Notes: generated from the letters alone by a model not told the origin. 64,000 bases of DNA from an uncultured Spirochaetota bacterium (GCA_963835575.1 CAWIGG010000002.1:1952001-2016000); one strand, 5' to 3'; counted from the stretch's first letter, positions 40,012 to 49,656 are shown. Made by a program: numbers and translations.

Positions 40012-41709
40012 TTGAAAATTACCGTCAACCACCTCGGCTTCAGGCCGCGGGATAAAAATAAAACAGCTGTTATCAAAGGAAACCATGAATACAAGGAATT
40101 CCAGATCGTCAATCTGACAGAAATGGGTTATAACGAGGTCGGCCCGAATACCCGGCCCAACAGCATTATTTTCAGGGGTAAATTAGAGAAAAAACATTAC
40201 GAATGGGGCGATTACTCTATAGCCGATTTTTCCGGCTTTAATATTCCAGGAATTTACCTTGTTACTCTTAATAATGAATACAACTCTGTCCCCTTTCATA
40301 TCAGGGAAGATCTTTACAGCCGGACTTTGCGGAAAGCCTTCGATTACATTCACATTCAGCGGTGCGGAGAGGCTGTGCCCGGCTATCATGGGCCATGCCA
40401 TCTTGACGACGCCCGCCGCAGGGACACGGGAGAGCATATTGACACAACCGGCGGCTGGCACGACGCCGGCGACCTCCGGAAATGGGTCGCCCATACGCTC
40501 CTGCTCGGCATCGGCATAATTCAGATCAAACGGCTGGCTGATCCCGGATGGGACATTTTCGATAAAAAGGAAGGCGACCTTCTGAACGAGCTCCGGTGGG
40601 GCAACCGGTTTTTCCTGAAAGTGCAGGAACCGTCCGGCCTGGTCTGGCATGATGTCGCCGGCGGCGTCAACGGCGACAACAGCGACAATCACTGGACAGA
40701 TAACATCATAGGAACGGATGACGACCGTTATATCAATCCGGAATATCTGCCGTTTATCCAGTGGGAATTTATATACTTTGAAGCCATGATGGCTTCGGTT
40801 TTCAAAAACGCCGATCCCGCTTACGGCAGCCGCTGCCTTAAAGCCGCTTTAAAGACTTTTGAGTTTATGAAGGATAAAGAAAATCCGAAAATAGAAGATA
40901 TTACCTGGTCAATCCTGGCTTTTAAAGAACTCCAGTCTTTTAAAACCGGTGATTCTATATCCACACGGTTTAAAAAAGAAATTAACAGTCTCCTTTCACT
41001 TCAGGAAACTGATTATAGATATAATCAGAAAAAAGTGCGCGGCTACTGGTACCGAGATAAGTCTAAAAAGGATTTCTTCCTTTCCACAAGGGATTCCGGC
41101 CTTCCATTGATCGCGCTTTCGGAAGCGGCGCAGGCCCTTGAAAAAGACCCGGAGCTTCAAAAGAAATGCGTTGAAGCGGTAAAGACGCATTGCCGCGATT
41201 ATGTTCTGCCTATGTCTTTGACCAATCCTTTCGGTATCATTCCATACGGCCTGTTTTCAGGCGAACCGACGCCGGAGAAGTACAGCCGTCTTGAAGGCGA
41301 TTTGACCTACCGCATATTCGGCCAGGTTAAAGTGCCTGTGCACGCCGGCCTGACTTCGCATCTTCTTTCTTATGCCGCGGGGCTGGCAATGGCCGGGAAT
41401 CTGCTAAAAGATACTGAATTGACGGAACTCGGCCGGAAGCAGGCAGAATGGGTGATGGGCGGCAACCCGAAAAACTCCTGCCTGATGACGGGCGAAGGCG
41501 TCAATAATCCCTACCCCCATTCCCGGTTCATGGGATTGATAAACGGCGGCATCATGAACGGCATCGCCGGCGATGAGAACGACGAACCGTTCCTCGACCT
41601 CGATTATACGATGGACTGGAGGACAACGGAATACTGGAGCCCGCACACATGCTTTTACATCTGGTTCGCCAGCCTGATGAATAAAACGGAAAACAAAAAA
41701 AATAGTTGA
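40012..41709 (+). CDS. Glycoside hydrolase family 9
   Basis: N-terminal Ig-like VNHLGF, GGWHDAGD, GGNP, WRTTEYW; TTG start with GGAGG. Confidence 0.88.
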   Translation: MKITVNHLGFRPRDKNKTAVIKGNHEYKEFQIVNLTEMGYNEVGPNTRPNSIIFRGKLEKKHYEWGDYSIADFSGFNIPGIYLVTLNNEYNSVPFHIREDLYSRTLRKAFDYIHIQRCGEAVPGYHGPCHLDDARRRDTGEHIDTTGGWHDAGDLRKWVAHTLLLGIGIIQIKRLADPGWDIFDKKEGDLLNELRWGNRFFLKVQEPSGLVWHDVAGGVNGDNSDNHWTDNIIGTDDDRYINPEYLPFIQWEFIYFEAMMASVFKNADPAYGSRCLKAALKTFEFMKDKENPKIEDITWSILAFKELQSFKTGDSISTRFKKEINSLLSLQETDYRYNQKKVRGYWYRDKSKKDFFLSTRDSGLPLIALSEAAQALEKDPELQKKCVEAVKTHCRDYVLPMSLTNPFGIIPYGLFSGEPTPEKYSRLEGDLTYRIFGQVKVPVHAGLTSHLLSYAAGLAMAGNLLKDTELTELGRKQAEWVMGGNPKNSCLMTGEGVNNPYPHSRFMGLINGGIMNGIAGDENDEPFLDLDYTMDWRTTEYWSPHTCFYIWFASLMNKTENKKNS

Positions 41710-41744
41710 GAAAATAATGAATAGTAAACATTTAATACAAGAAG

Positions 41745-41892
41745 CCGTCATTGCGAGCACCTGACTTTATACTCTGCCAATAATTTTAAAGCGAAGCAAT
41801 CTGTCTGCAAATAAAGATTGTTTATTAAATTGATAGATTGCTCCGCGCGATAGTCAACGGCAAAGGAAAAAACTGGGCGCTCGCAATGACGG
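41745..41892. repeat. GTCATTGCGAG..GCAATCT..AGATTGC..CTCGCAATGAC palindromic element
   Basis: CCGTCATTGCGAGC / GCTCGCAATGACGG outer IR and GCAATCT / AGATTGC inner IR. Confidence 0.85.
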
Positions 41893-41909
41893 ACTTTGTG
41901 TTGAAATTC

Positions 41910-42041
41910 TTAGTTTTTCAGTAAGCTCTGTTTATTCTCACTTTTTCTTAATCCGCACTTGCCATTTAGAATTTTGCTTTTAACTTCGACATCACAGCCA
42001 TGATATCCAAGGATAAGATTTGGAATATTGCTATTCCTCAT
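41910..42041 (-). pseudogene. Truncated ADP-ribosyltransferase-like protein (43-aa remnant), not in ORF track
   Basis: MRNSNIPNLILGYHGCDVEVKSKILNGKCGLRKSENK, then runs into MITE end AGAGCTTACTGAAAAA. Confidence 0.55.
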
Positions 42042-42190
42042 TTTGATTTGAAATATTTCTTTAAATTGCCTTTTGAATCAACAATACCGGCGCCAAATAA
42101 GAATTTCTGAGAAGATTTTTTTGAGCCGGATACTTTTTTTGAAAATTCTATCATTTCTTGCATAACTTTCTTGGCTTCTTTTTCGCTCAT
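42038..42190 (-). CDS. Small basic protein (50 aa), putative antitoxin, not in ORF track
   Basis: MSEKEAKKVMQEMIEFSKKVSGSKKSSQKFLFGAGIVDSKGNLKKYFKSK*; GAGGAGG RBS; ATGA overlap with next ORF. Confidence 0.7.
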   Translation of the reverse strand: MSEKEAKKVMQEMIEFSKKVSGSKKSSQKFLFGAGIVDSKGNLKKYFKSK

Positions 42191-42390
42191 AATAAACCTC
42201 CTCAAAAACAATTTTATTATCCTAAATACTATATACTTAATAATAAAAAGACCAATATTTAGTCAAATATTTAAAAAACAACCCAACAAATGTAATTTTC
42301 TCGTTATTTTACCGAATATATAATATATAATCGGAAATTTTATATGAAAAATCATATTTTTAAAAGCTTTCATTTTGAAATGGATTAATT

Positions 42391-42861
42391 ATGAAAAATA
42401 TTTCAATCGCTTTAATTATTATTTTATTCTTTATAAATTTATATTCTATTGATGTCCCCATCTATCCCAAGGACTGGGCGATATTAAACAACAGCGAAAA
42501 GGTTTACGCGGCGTTTGATGATTTCTGGGTGCCGAAATACCATGACGTGCAGATCGCCTTATACGCCGTTTACAGGCATATTCAGAACCTCCGGTCGGAC
42601 CAGCATCTGCCCGGGGCCGGACGGGCCGAAATTGTCCGCATTCTTGATAACTGGAAGCTCTTCAAAGTGCAGTTCGCCGGCATCATAAAAGACGGAAAGA
42701 AAATAATCTTCTGCAATTTTTTCGACCGGAGGATGAACGCAAAGGACTGGCAGAAGGAACAGGTCATCGCCGACGATACTTCCTATTTTTACTGGAACAT
42801 CGAGTATGATCCGGCGGCAAAGACCTTCGCTCATTTTAAAAGCGGCACTTATGAGGAATAA
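42391..42861 (+). CDS. Exported hypothetical protein
   Basis: Signal peptide MKNISIALIIILFFINLYS. Confidence 0.7.
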   Translation: MKNISIALIIILFFINLYSIDVPIYPKDWAILNNSEKVYAAFDDFWVPKYHDVQIALYAVYRHIQNLRSDQHLPGAGRAEIVRILDNWKLFKVQFAGIIKDGKKIIFCNFFDRRMNAKDWQKEQVIADDTSYFYWNIEYDPAAKTFAHFKSGTYEE

Positions 42862-42872
42862 AGCGGGGTATT

Positions 42873-44120
42873 ATGAAATATAAATTAAACAGCGCTCCAA
42901 TAAGCCCGTACCTTTTCGGCCAGAACGCCTGGATGCCCAATTTTATCGATAACGGTGAAATCGATAAATTGTGGGAAAAACTCAGGGCGGCCCGGATCCG
43001 GCTGGTCAGGATAGGCGGGATCTGTTTTGATGAAAACATTTCTTATGAGCAGTTGATCTATCTGATCGACAGGATCAAAGACATCGGCGCTGAGCCGCTC
43101 GTTCAAATCCCCCTTAAATCGACCCCTCTGGATGCCACTAATATTATTGAGCATATTAATGGAAAGATGGATAAAAAAGTGCGGTTCTGGAGCATCGGCA
43201 ACGAACCCGACTGGCACTGGAAAATCGAGGACCCGGACAAAGTCTCTTCTTATTTTAAACCTATCGCGTCCCGTCTTAAAGAGTATGATCCGTCCATTCT
43301 CATTTTCGGGCCGGACTGCGGAAGGCTGAACATGGGGCTGATGTCCCCGCTGATCGGTGGCGGGGCCGATATTACCGGCCTTGATGAAAACGGAAATTTT
43401 TACATAGATGTTGTCAATTATCATACATATAATAAGTCCGATGCCGGAGCGGTTGAGTCGGACATTAATATATTACTGGATTTGATCAGCCGCGCCAATA
43501 AAAAAAGGCCGGCGGAAAGTCTGCTCCGCTGGGCCATAACAGAATTTAATATCACGACGGACAATAACAAGGAAGCCGGCAGGAACAAAGTCTGGAGCTT
43601 CTACACAGGGCAGTATTTTGCCGAAGTCTACGACATCGCCATGAAACATAAAGCGTTCACCATCGCCCCATGGAGCATCCATGAATCGAAAGGCGCGCGC
43701 ACCGGTCCGGACCTGGGAATGTTCGACAGCGGACCGGCCTACTATCCCCGGCCGGTTTATTACCATACGCAGCTGCTTTCACTCTGCTCTAAAGCTAATT
43801 ACCTTCCCGGATATACCAATAAAGAACAGGTCAAACTATCCGCGTCGGCCGACAGCACAGGCTTTTCGGTCATGCTCATGAATGAGGACGAAAAGTCGTC
43901 TTACAATTTCACGCTCTCTTTCGACGATCAGAAGATGCTTAAACCAAACCCGCTCGAAGTGCATCTCAATGCCGGCCTGGCCAATGAGTATACCGGGACA
44001 ATTGAAGCGGAAGAGACGCAGGTCCTCGTTTTCGCCTCATCCGGCAGGCTGACAAAAAAGATCATCTATAATAAAAATCATGCGATGAACCATATCGTCC
44101 CGACAGTGAGGGATTATTAA
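42873..44120 (+). CDS. Clan-A glycoside hydrolase (GH44/GH51/GH79-like), no signal peptide
   Basis: ISPYLFGQN, RIGG, SIGNEP, YHTY, ITEFN. Confidence 0.75.
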   Translation: MKYKLNSAPISPYLFGQNAWMPNFIDNGEIDKLWEKLRAARIRLVRIGGICFDENISYEQLIYLIDRIKDIGAEPLVQIPLKSTPLDATNIIEHINGKMDKKVRFWSIGNEPDWHWKIEDPDKVSSYFKPIASRLKEYDPSILIFGPDCGRLNMGLMSPLIGGGADITGLDENGNFYIDVVNYHTYNKSDAGAVESDINILLDLISRANKKRPAESLLRWAITEFNITTDNNKEAGRNKVWSFYTGQYFAEVYDIAMKHKAFTIAPWSIHESKGARTGPDLGMFDSGPAYYPRPVYYHTQLLSLCSKANYLPGYTNKEQVKLSASADSTGFSVMLMNEDEKSSYNFTLSFDDQKMLKPNPLEVHLNAGLANEYTGTIEAEETQVLVFASSGRLTKKIIYNKNHAMNHIVPTVRDY

Positions 44121-44207
44121 TTAATCATTTTTTACAGGAAGTCGGGAAGACACGAAGTTTTTAATAATGCATGAATATATTGAAAAGCATCATAAATGTT
44201 AATTATA

Positions 44208-44234
44208 AAGGCGCGGATATTAATCCGCGTCTTT
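44208..44234. terminator. Probable bidirectional intrinsic terminator
   Basis: AAAGGCGCGGAT-ATTA-ATCCGCGTCTTTT between convergent genes. Confidence 0.7.
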
Positions 44235-44249
44235 TATCATTATCATGAC

Positions 44250-45119
44250 TTATTTAACCCCGGCCCATAAATTCTTATTATACTCGATCTTCACCCTGGC
44301 GAGGATTTCTTTGATGTTTTTCGGATCGGGGTTTTTTATGACCATAATCTTCGCGTACCTGTCAAAAGCCCGGAGGCTGGTCAAGGCCAGTCTATACTCT
44401 TCATTAATATCCTCCCCGGTAATGATGAGCGACGCGTTTGTGTCATGATAGACATTTAAAAGTCTGGATGGATCGTTGACAGTATAAACATCTTTCTCCG
44501 GATTAAAATCACCGGAAATTTCAGCCTCTACGGCATGTTCAGAAACCAGCATAGATACAAGAGTTGTAAAATTCATGAACTTCCGCGGATAGTCGGGATC
44601 TTTCGGATTCAAAATAAAAAAGATAATAATACCGCATTCGCTATAGGCATACTGTATGACAGTATTTCTATTCAATTCGGATTTGAGCTGGTTCCACCTG
44701 ATATGATCTATTTTTTCGCCGTAGTGGATGATGCTGCTGTGGCCGGCGTCCGTTTTTCGATACATTTCGCTGAGGGATATGATATGCCGCTTTTTCTGCG
44801 AATTGGCGTTGGCATAGCCGATTTCCTCCATGATCCTGTCCAGCTCAACGATATTCTTAACCCCTGAAGGCTTTTTATAAGCCGCCGGAAAACATTCGCG
44901 CAGTTTTTCTATTAAAGGCGCGGTATAAAAAACATTAATTTCGCCGATGGACGCGTTTTTAAGGCCCTCGTAATTGTCCTGTCTGAAAAGCATTTCCGGT
45001 TTAAGTTTAATGTTATCTGTTTTAGTCTGGATATTGATTTCTTCCAGATAATTGATCGGAAAATTATGATAATCCCTGTCCTGAGATAAAATATTCGCTT
45101 CTTCAGTTTTAATAATCAT
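44250..45119 (-). CDS. Hypothetical protein with possible C-terminal pseudo-receiver domain
   Basis: 289-aa ORF, AAGGA RBS; C-terminal beta/alpha pattern. Confidence 0.6.
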   Translation of the reverse strand: MIIKTEEANILSQDRDYHNFPINYLEEINIQTKTDNIKLKPEMLFRQDNYEGLKNASIGEINVFYTAPLIEKLRECFPAAYKKPSGVKNIVELDRIMEEIGYANANSQKKRHIISLSEMYRKTDAGHSSIIHYGEKIDHIRWNQLKSELNRNTVIQYAYSECGIIIFFILNPKDPDYPRKFMNFTTLVSMLVSEHAVEAEISGDFNPEKDVYTVNDPSRLLNVYHDTNASLIITGEDINEEYRLALTSLRAFDRYAKIMVIKNPDPKNIKEILARVKIEYNKNLWAGVK

Positions 45120-45320
45120 ATTATATCCTTACCGTTTTCAGCTTATAAAAAATAATATAGTTTGACCAGAGCGTCAATATTTTTTTTTAAAATTGATACT
45201 TAATACGCCTCTATCAGGATAATTAATTGATTGAAAATACGGCAGGCGATTGCTCCGGATAATGAAAGGCATGAAGAAAGCCTAAATTTGCGTCTTTTTT
45301 ATAATTAAAATAATATATAA

Positions 45321-45355
45321 GGCAGTTCTAAAAACTCTCATTTTTAGAACTGCCC
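45321..45355. repeat. GGCAGTTCTAAAAA..TTTTTAGAACTGCC palindromic cassette
   Basis: 14-bp perfect IR, same family as 1750 and 34878. Confidence 0.8.
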
Positions 45356-45407
45356 TATAAAGAAATAAGTTTAATTTATTCATTGATCAAACATCTCATA
45401 TTTCAAA

Positions 45408-46151
45408 ATGGGAGTTCTTGCAATGATAGAAAACCCTGAAAAAAGTACGCAGAATAAAAACCGGAAGATCGCCGTAACGAAAAACGGCCCCTATATCGTC
45501 TCCGGCGGCCTTCCTCTTGATAAAGAAATCATTGCGGCCGGCAGTGACGGAATACCCCTCAAATGGGAAAAAGGCGGGGCCTTTCCCTTAAAAGAGACAT
45601 ACTCACTCTGCCGGTGCGGCGCCTCAAAGAATATGCCCTACTGCGACGGGGCCCATAAAAACCCAGGCTTTGACGGAACAGAGACGGCAGGCAATGTAAA
45701 ATACATGGATCAGATCGATACATACGAAGGCCCCGGCCTCGTCCTGACCGACGCCGAAAAGCTCTGCGCCGTCGCGCTATTCTGCCACAGGGACGGCGAC
45801 GCCTGGGATCTTACGGGGCGCTCCGCCGATGAAAAAGCGAAAGAGACCGCCGTACAGGAAAGTTGCGACTGCCCGTCGGGGAGGCTCGTAGCCTGGGATA
45901 AAAAGACCGGCAGGCCGATCGAACCGCCGTTCGAGCCGTCCATCAGCGTCACGGAAGACCCGGTGCACCAAGTCAGCGGGCCGCTCTGGGTTAAGGGCGG
46001 TGTTTTGATCGAGTCGTCGGATAAATCGCCTTATGAAATAAGGAACCGGGTGACGCTCTGCAGGTGCGGGCATTCGAAAAACAAACCGTTCTGCGACGGC
46101 TGTCATATAACTTCCCGCTTTTCGGACGGAGATGAATCCATAAAGAAATAA
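45408..46151 (+). CDS. CDGSH iron-sulfur domain protein (two CDGSH motifs around a ferredoxin-like domain)
   Basis: LCRCGASKNMPYCDGAH, CAVALFC..CPSG, LCRCGHSKNKPFCDGCH. Confidence 0.92.
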   Translation: MGVLAMIENPEKSTQNKNRKIAVTKNGPYIVSGGLPLDKEIIAAGSDGIPLKWEKGGAFPLKETYSLCRCGASKNMPYCDGAHKNPGFDGTETAGNVKYMDQIDTYEGPGLVLTDAEKLCAVALFCHRDGDAWDLTGRSADEKAKETAVQESCDCPSGRLVAWDKKTGRPIEPPFEPSISVTEDPVHQVSGPLWVKGGVLIESSDKSPYEIRNRVTLCRCGHSKNKPFCDGCHITSRFSDGDESIKK

Positions 46152-46240
46152 AACAAGCTCCGGTTGTTTAGAGATAATAATTTGACAGCAAGCCGGTTTA
46201 AAAGCTAAAATTTTAAGTAATAAGTTTCTGGAGACGGAAT

Positions 46241-46783
46241 ATGATCGATAACATTAAAGAAATTCTGTTGACAGAAGATATGATCTTACACAGGGTCAAA
46301 GAGCTCGGCCTTGCCGTAACAGCCGATTACCGGGGCAAAAACCCCATCCTGATCGGCGTCCTCAAAGGGGCCGTCCTTTTTATCGCCGACCTGATGAGAG
46401 CCGTCGAAATTCCCGTCCAGTATGATTTTATGGCTGTCTGCAGCTATGGTAATTCCACAAAATCAAGCGGTACGGTCAAAATACTAAAAGACCTCGACAG
46501 CGATATTGAGGCAAAAGACATCATCATAGTTGAAGACATCATCGATACGGGTTTAACCCTACAGTACCTTCTCAATATATTAAAATCCCGCCGCCCGAAG
46601 TCCATAAAAATCTGCGCTCTTCTGGACAAATCCAGCAAAAGGATCGTCAATATCCAGCCGGATTACAGCGGTTTTGTGATACCCGATGTGTTTGTCGTCG
46701 GATACGGCCTGGATTACGCTGAAAAATACCGCAACCTTCCTTATATTGGTGTATTAAAAGAAGAATATTATAAAGGAGGATGA
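46241..46783 (+). CDS. hpt: Hypoxanthine phosphoribosyltransferase
   Basis: VLKGA, IVEDIIDTGLTL, FVVGYGLDYAEKYRNLP. Confidence 0.97.
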   Translation: MIDNIKEILLTEDMILHRVKELGLAVTADYRGKNPILIGVLKGAVLFIADLMRAVEIPVQYDFMAVCSYGNSTKSSGTVKILKDLDSDIEAKDIIIVEDIIDTGLTLQYLLNILKSRRPKSIKICALLDKSSKRIVNIQPDYSGFVIPDVFVVGYGLDYAEKYRNLPYIGVLKEEYYKGG

Positions 46784-46786
46784 AAA

Positions 46787-48091
46787 ATGTTCGAGAAAAT
46801 ATTCAAGCTGAAGGAAAACAACACTACATTTCCCCGCGAGATCATAGCAGGGATCGTTACTTTTATGACCATGGCTTATATTATTTTCGCAAACCCATCG
46901 ATTTTATCCGGAGCAATGGGTAAAGAATATTTTCAGGCCCTCGTTTTTGCCACATGCCTCGGCGCCGGCCTTACAACGATCTGCATGGGGATATTCACAA
47001 ACTATCCCCTGGCCCTGGCTTCCGGAATGGGATTGAACGCAGTTGTGGCTTTCGGACTTATTATAGGAATGAAACTCCCCTGGCAGGCGGCCATGGGCGT
47101 TATTGTCATCGAAGGCCTGCTGGTTACCATCCTTGTCCTGACAAAGGTCCGGGAGTGGATTATGGACGCCATTCCGCTTGATTTGAAACGAGCCATCGGG
47201 GTCGGTATCGGCCTCTTTATCGCGCTCATAGGGCTTGTCGAATCGAAGCTCATTATCGCCAGCCCGGCCACGCTCATCACATTCGGAAAAATAGGCCCCG
47301 AAACCCTTGTCACGTTATTCGGACTGGCATTGACGGCACTGCTTATAGCACGGAAGATCAAGGGCGCTATCCTCATCGGCATCATTTCATCCACAATCGT
47401 CGCACTGATCGCCGGTATGATCAAGGGCCCGACAGAATGGGTATCCGGGATCAAGCCGGAGTATTTTCAGACATTTTTCGCGGTAGACATACTCGGCGCT
47501 CTCAAACTGGGCCTTGTCACAACGATTTTCGCCATTATGATCAGCGACTTTTTTGACACTATGGGAACGGTTGTAGCTGTCGGAGAGGAAGCGGGATTTG
47601 TAACAAAAGACGGAAAAGTCCCCAGGCTGAGAAATGTACTTTTGGTCGATTCACTGGCGGCTGTGACCGGCGGTCTTTTCGGCTGCAGTTCGATCACCAC
47701 TTATATCGAAAGCGCTTCCGGCGTCGGAGAAGGCGGCAGGACGGGGCTTACTTCAATCGTTACGGGACTGCTCTTCCTTCTGGCCATTTTCTTTACGCCT
47801 CTCATCCAGATCGTCCCGGCTTATGCGACAGCGCCGGCCCTTATCATCGTGGGCTTCCTGATGATGACCGTTGTCCGGTTTATCAACTGGGAGGATTACA
47901 CGACAGCCATACCCGCATTCCTGACAATCATTTTGATCCCCTTTACATACAGTATTACGAAAGGTATCGAGTATGGTTTTATCTCCTACGTTCTTATCAA
48001 GCTTTTCACCGGAAAATACAAGGAAGTGCACCCGCTGATGTACATTGTCGCGGTTGCATTCATTCTCGACTTCTTACTGGCAAGCAGATAA
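46787..48091 (+). CDS. NCS2/AzgA-like purine permease
   Basis: TFMTMAYII, GMGLNA, DFFDTMGT, TYIESASG, GGRTGLT. Confidence 0.95.
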   Translation: MFEKIFKLKENNTTFPREIIAGIVTFMTMAYIIFANPSILSGAMGKEYFQALVFATCLGAGLTTICMGIFTNYPLALASGMGLNAVVAFGLIIGMKLPWQAAMGVIVIEGLLVTILVLTKVREWIMDAIPLDLKRAIGVGIGLFIALIGLVESKLIIASPATLITFGKIGPETLVTLFGLALTALLIARKIKGAILIGIISSTIVALIAGMIKGPTEWVSGIKPEYFQTFFAVDILGALKLGLVTTIFAIMISDFFDTMGTVVAVGEEAGFVTKDGKVPRLRNVLLVDSLAAVTGGLFGCSSITTYIESASGVGEGGRTGLTSIVTGLLFLLAIFFTPLIQIVPAYATAPALIIVGFLMMTVVRFINWEDYTTAIPAFLTIILIPFTYSITKGIEYGFISYVLIKLFTGKYKEVHPLMYIVAVAFILDFLLASR

Positions 48092-48098
48092 ATATATT

Positions 48099-48130
48099 TT
48101 CACACTCCGCCCGGCCGGGCGGAGTGTGAA
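48099..48130. terminator. Perfect 32-bp palindrome after the permease (terminator-like)
   Basis: TTCACACTCCGCCCGG / CCGGGCGGAGTGTGAA. Confidence 0.65.
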
Positions 48131-48183
48131 TTATTTAATCAAATTTATTTATTTCCTTATGATTTTTTATCATTAATTAAAAT

Positions 48184-48225
48184 TTGACTGATTTATCAAT
48201 AATAGTTATAATATATAACTATTAT
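48184..48225 (+). promoter_or_regulatory. Sigma70 promoter and probable MarR operator
   Basis: TTGACT-17 nt-TATAAT; IR ATAATAGTTATA (48199-48210) / TATAACTATTAT (48214-48225). Confidence 0.75.
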
Positions 48226-48239
48226 AATATGGAACAAAA

Positions 48240-48707
48240 ATGACTGAAATAGACATCGATCTTCTGGTTGAAAATCTAACCACAATTCTTCCGGTTCTGA
48301 TAAAAAAACTTCACAAGCTGCAATATGAATTTACCTTTGATAAAGGAATCTCTTTTGTACAGATCAGGATTCTCTTTGCATTGAAAAAAGAGGGGAAGAT
48401 CAATATGTCCTCGCTGGGCAGAAAGCTTGAGATGCAGAAGCCTAATGTAACGGTCTTTGTGGATAAGCTCATTGCGGAGGGATTGGCGGAGCGTGTTCCC
48501 CAGGAAAATGACAGAAGAGTGATATTGATCGGCCTGACGGAAACAGGATCCAGATTTATTCAGAAACTGACCGGGAATGTAAAGGCCCTGTTGAAGAGCA
48601 AAATACAAAATTGGGATGAAAAAGACCTGAAAATTCTGAATAATACTATGATGCAGGCTCATTACCTGATTGACAAACTGGAAGGCCGGAGCGGGATGAA
48701 TCCCTGA
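48240..48707 (+). CDS. MarR-family regulator
   Basis: QIRIL, VDKLIAEGLAER, DRRVILIGLTETG. Confidence 0.93.
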   Translation: MTEIDIDLLVENLTTILPVLIKKLHKLQYEFTFDKGISFVQIRILFALKKEGKINMSSLGRKLEMQKPNVTVFVDKLIAEGLAERVPQENDRRVILIGLTETGSRFIQKLTGNVKALLKSKIQNWDEKDLKILNNTMMQAHYLIDKLEGRSGMNP

Positions 48708-48795
48708 TTTTTTCGATGAACAATAATAACACATAATATTTGACGTCCTGAACAGCAATACGTATTTTTAATCTAAATATAGAAGAGGAATAATT

Positions 48796-49656
48796 ATGCC
48801 GAACACAAAAGAAACACACATTACAAATACTCCCGTTAAGGAAAAAGGCCCATGGTGGCAGACTAAAAGGGCAAAAATAGCCGGCGCGGCCGTGCTCTGC
48901 GCAGCCTTTATCATCTTCATGATCTGGTTTTTTGCTTTCCGGCCTTATATAGCAACTGACGACGCGAGGATCAACGCGGATATAATCAACATAGCGAATA
49001 CCGGCGCTAGCGGCCAGATGTTAACGGTGAATGTCAAAGAGGGGGATATTGTGACCAACGGCATGGTCCTTGCCGAATTGGACCACCGCATCGCAGAAGC
49101 CCAGCTTCAGCAGGCTAAAGCGAAGTTTGAGTACGCCAGCGTCTCATTTAAAAGGGCTTTAGCTCTGTCAAGCGGATACGGTTCGAGCCGGCAACAGCTG
49201 GATATGGCCCGTTCCGATGCCGATGTCGCGGAAGCCAATATGAAGCTCGCGGAAATTGCCCTGGAGCACACCTATCTTAAAAGCCCTGTGAACGGGATCG
49301 TCATCCAGAAGGCCGCCCTGCCCGGCAATATTCTGGAAGCGAACCAGGTTGCCTTAATCATCGCTGACATTGATCATGCATGGGTATCGGCCAATATCAG
49401 CGAACAGTCCATAGCATTGGTCAAGCCCGGCCAGCTGGTCGAAATAACAATCGACGAGGGCGGGAAGCTCATAGGCAGGATCGCCGAAGTCAGGAAAGCG
49501 GCAGCCTCGGTTTTTTCGCTTATCCCCTCGGACAACGCATCCGGCAACTTCATCAAGGTCACCCAGAGAATCCCTGTAAAAATCTTGCTGGAAGAACATC
49601 CGGGCAGAATCCTCAGGGTCGGCGAATCTGTTGAGATCAAGATCAAAATACAATGA
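48796..49656 (+). CDS. EmrA/HlyD-family efflux adaptor
   Basis: TDDA, SPVNG, FSLIPSDNASGNFIKVTQRIPVKI. Confidence 0.94.
   Translation: MPNTKETHITNTPVKEKGPWWQTKRAKIAGAAVLCAAFIIFMIWFFAFRPYIATDDARINADIINIANTGASGQMLTVNVKEGDIVTNGMVLAELDHRIAEAQLQQAKAKFEYASVSFKRALALSSGYGSSRQQLDMARSDADVAEANMKLAEIALEHTYLKSPVNGIVIQKAALPGNILEANQVALIIADIDHAWVSANISEQSIALVKPGQLVEITIDEGGKLIGRIAEVRKAAASVFSLIPSDNASGNFIKVTQRIPVKILLEEHPGRILRVGESVEIKIKIQ

Noticed and set aside
46152..46240. Purine riboswitch upstream of hpt-permease
   Set aside because: No aptamer core seen; only a TTGACA..TAAAAT promoter-like sequence with too short a leader.
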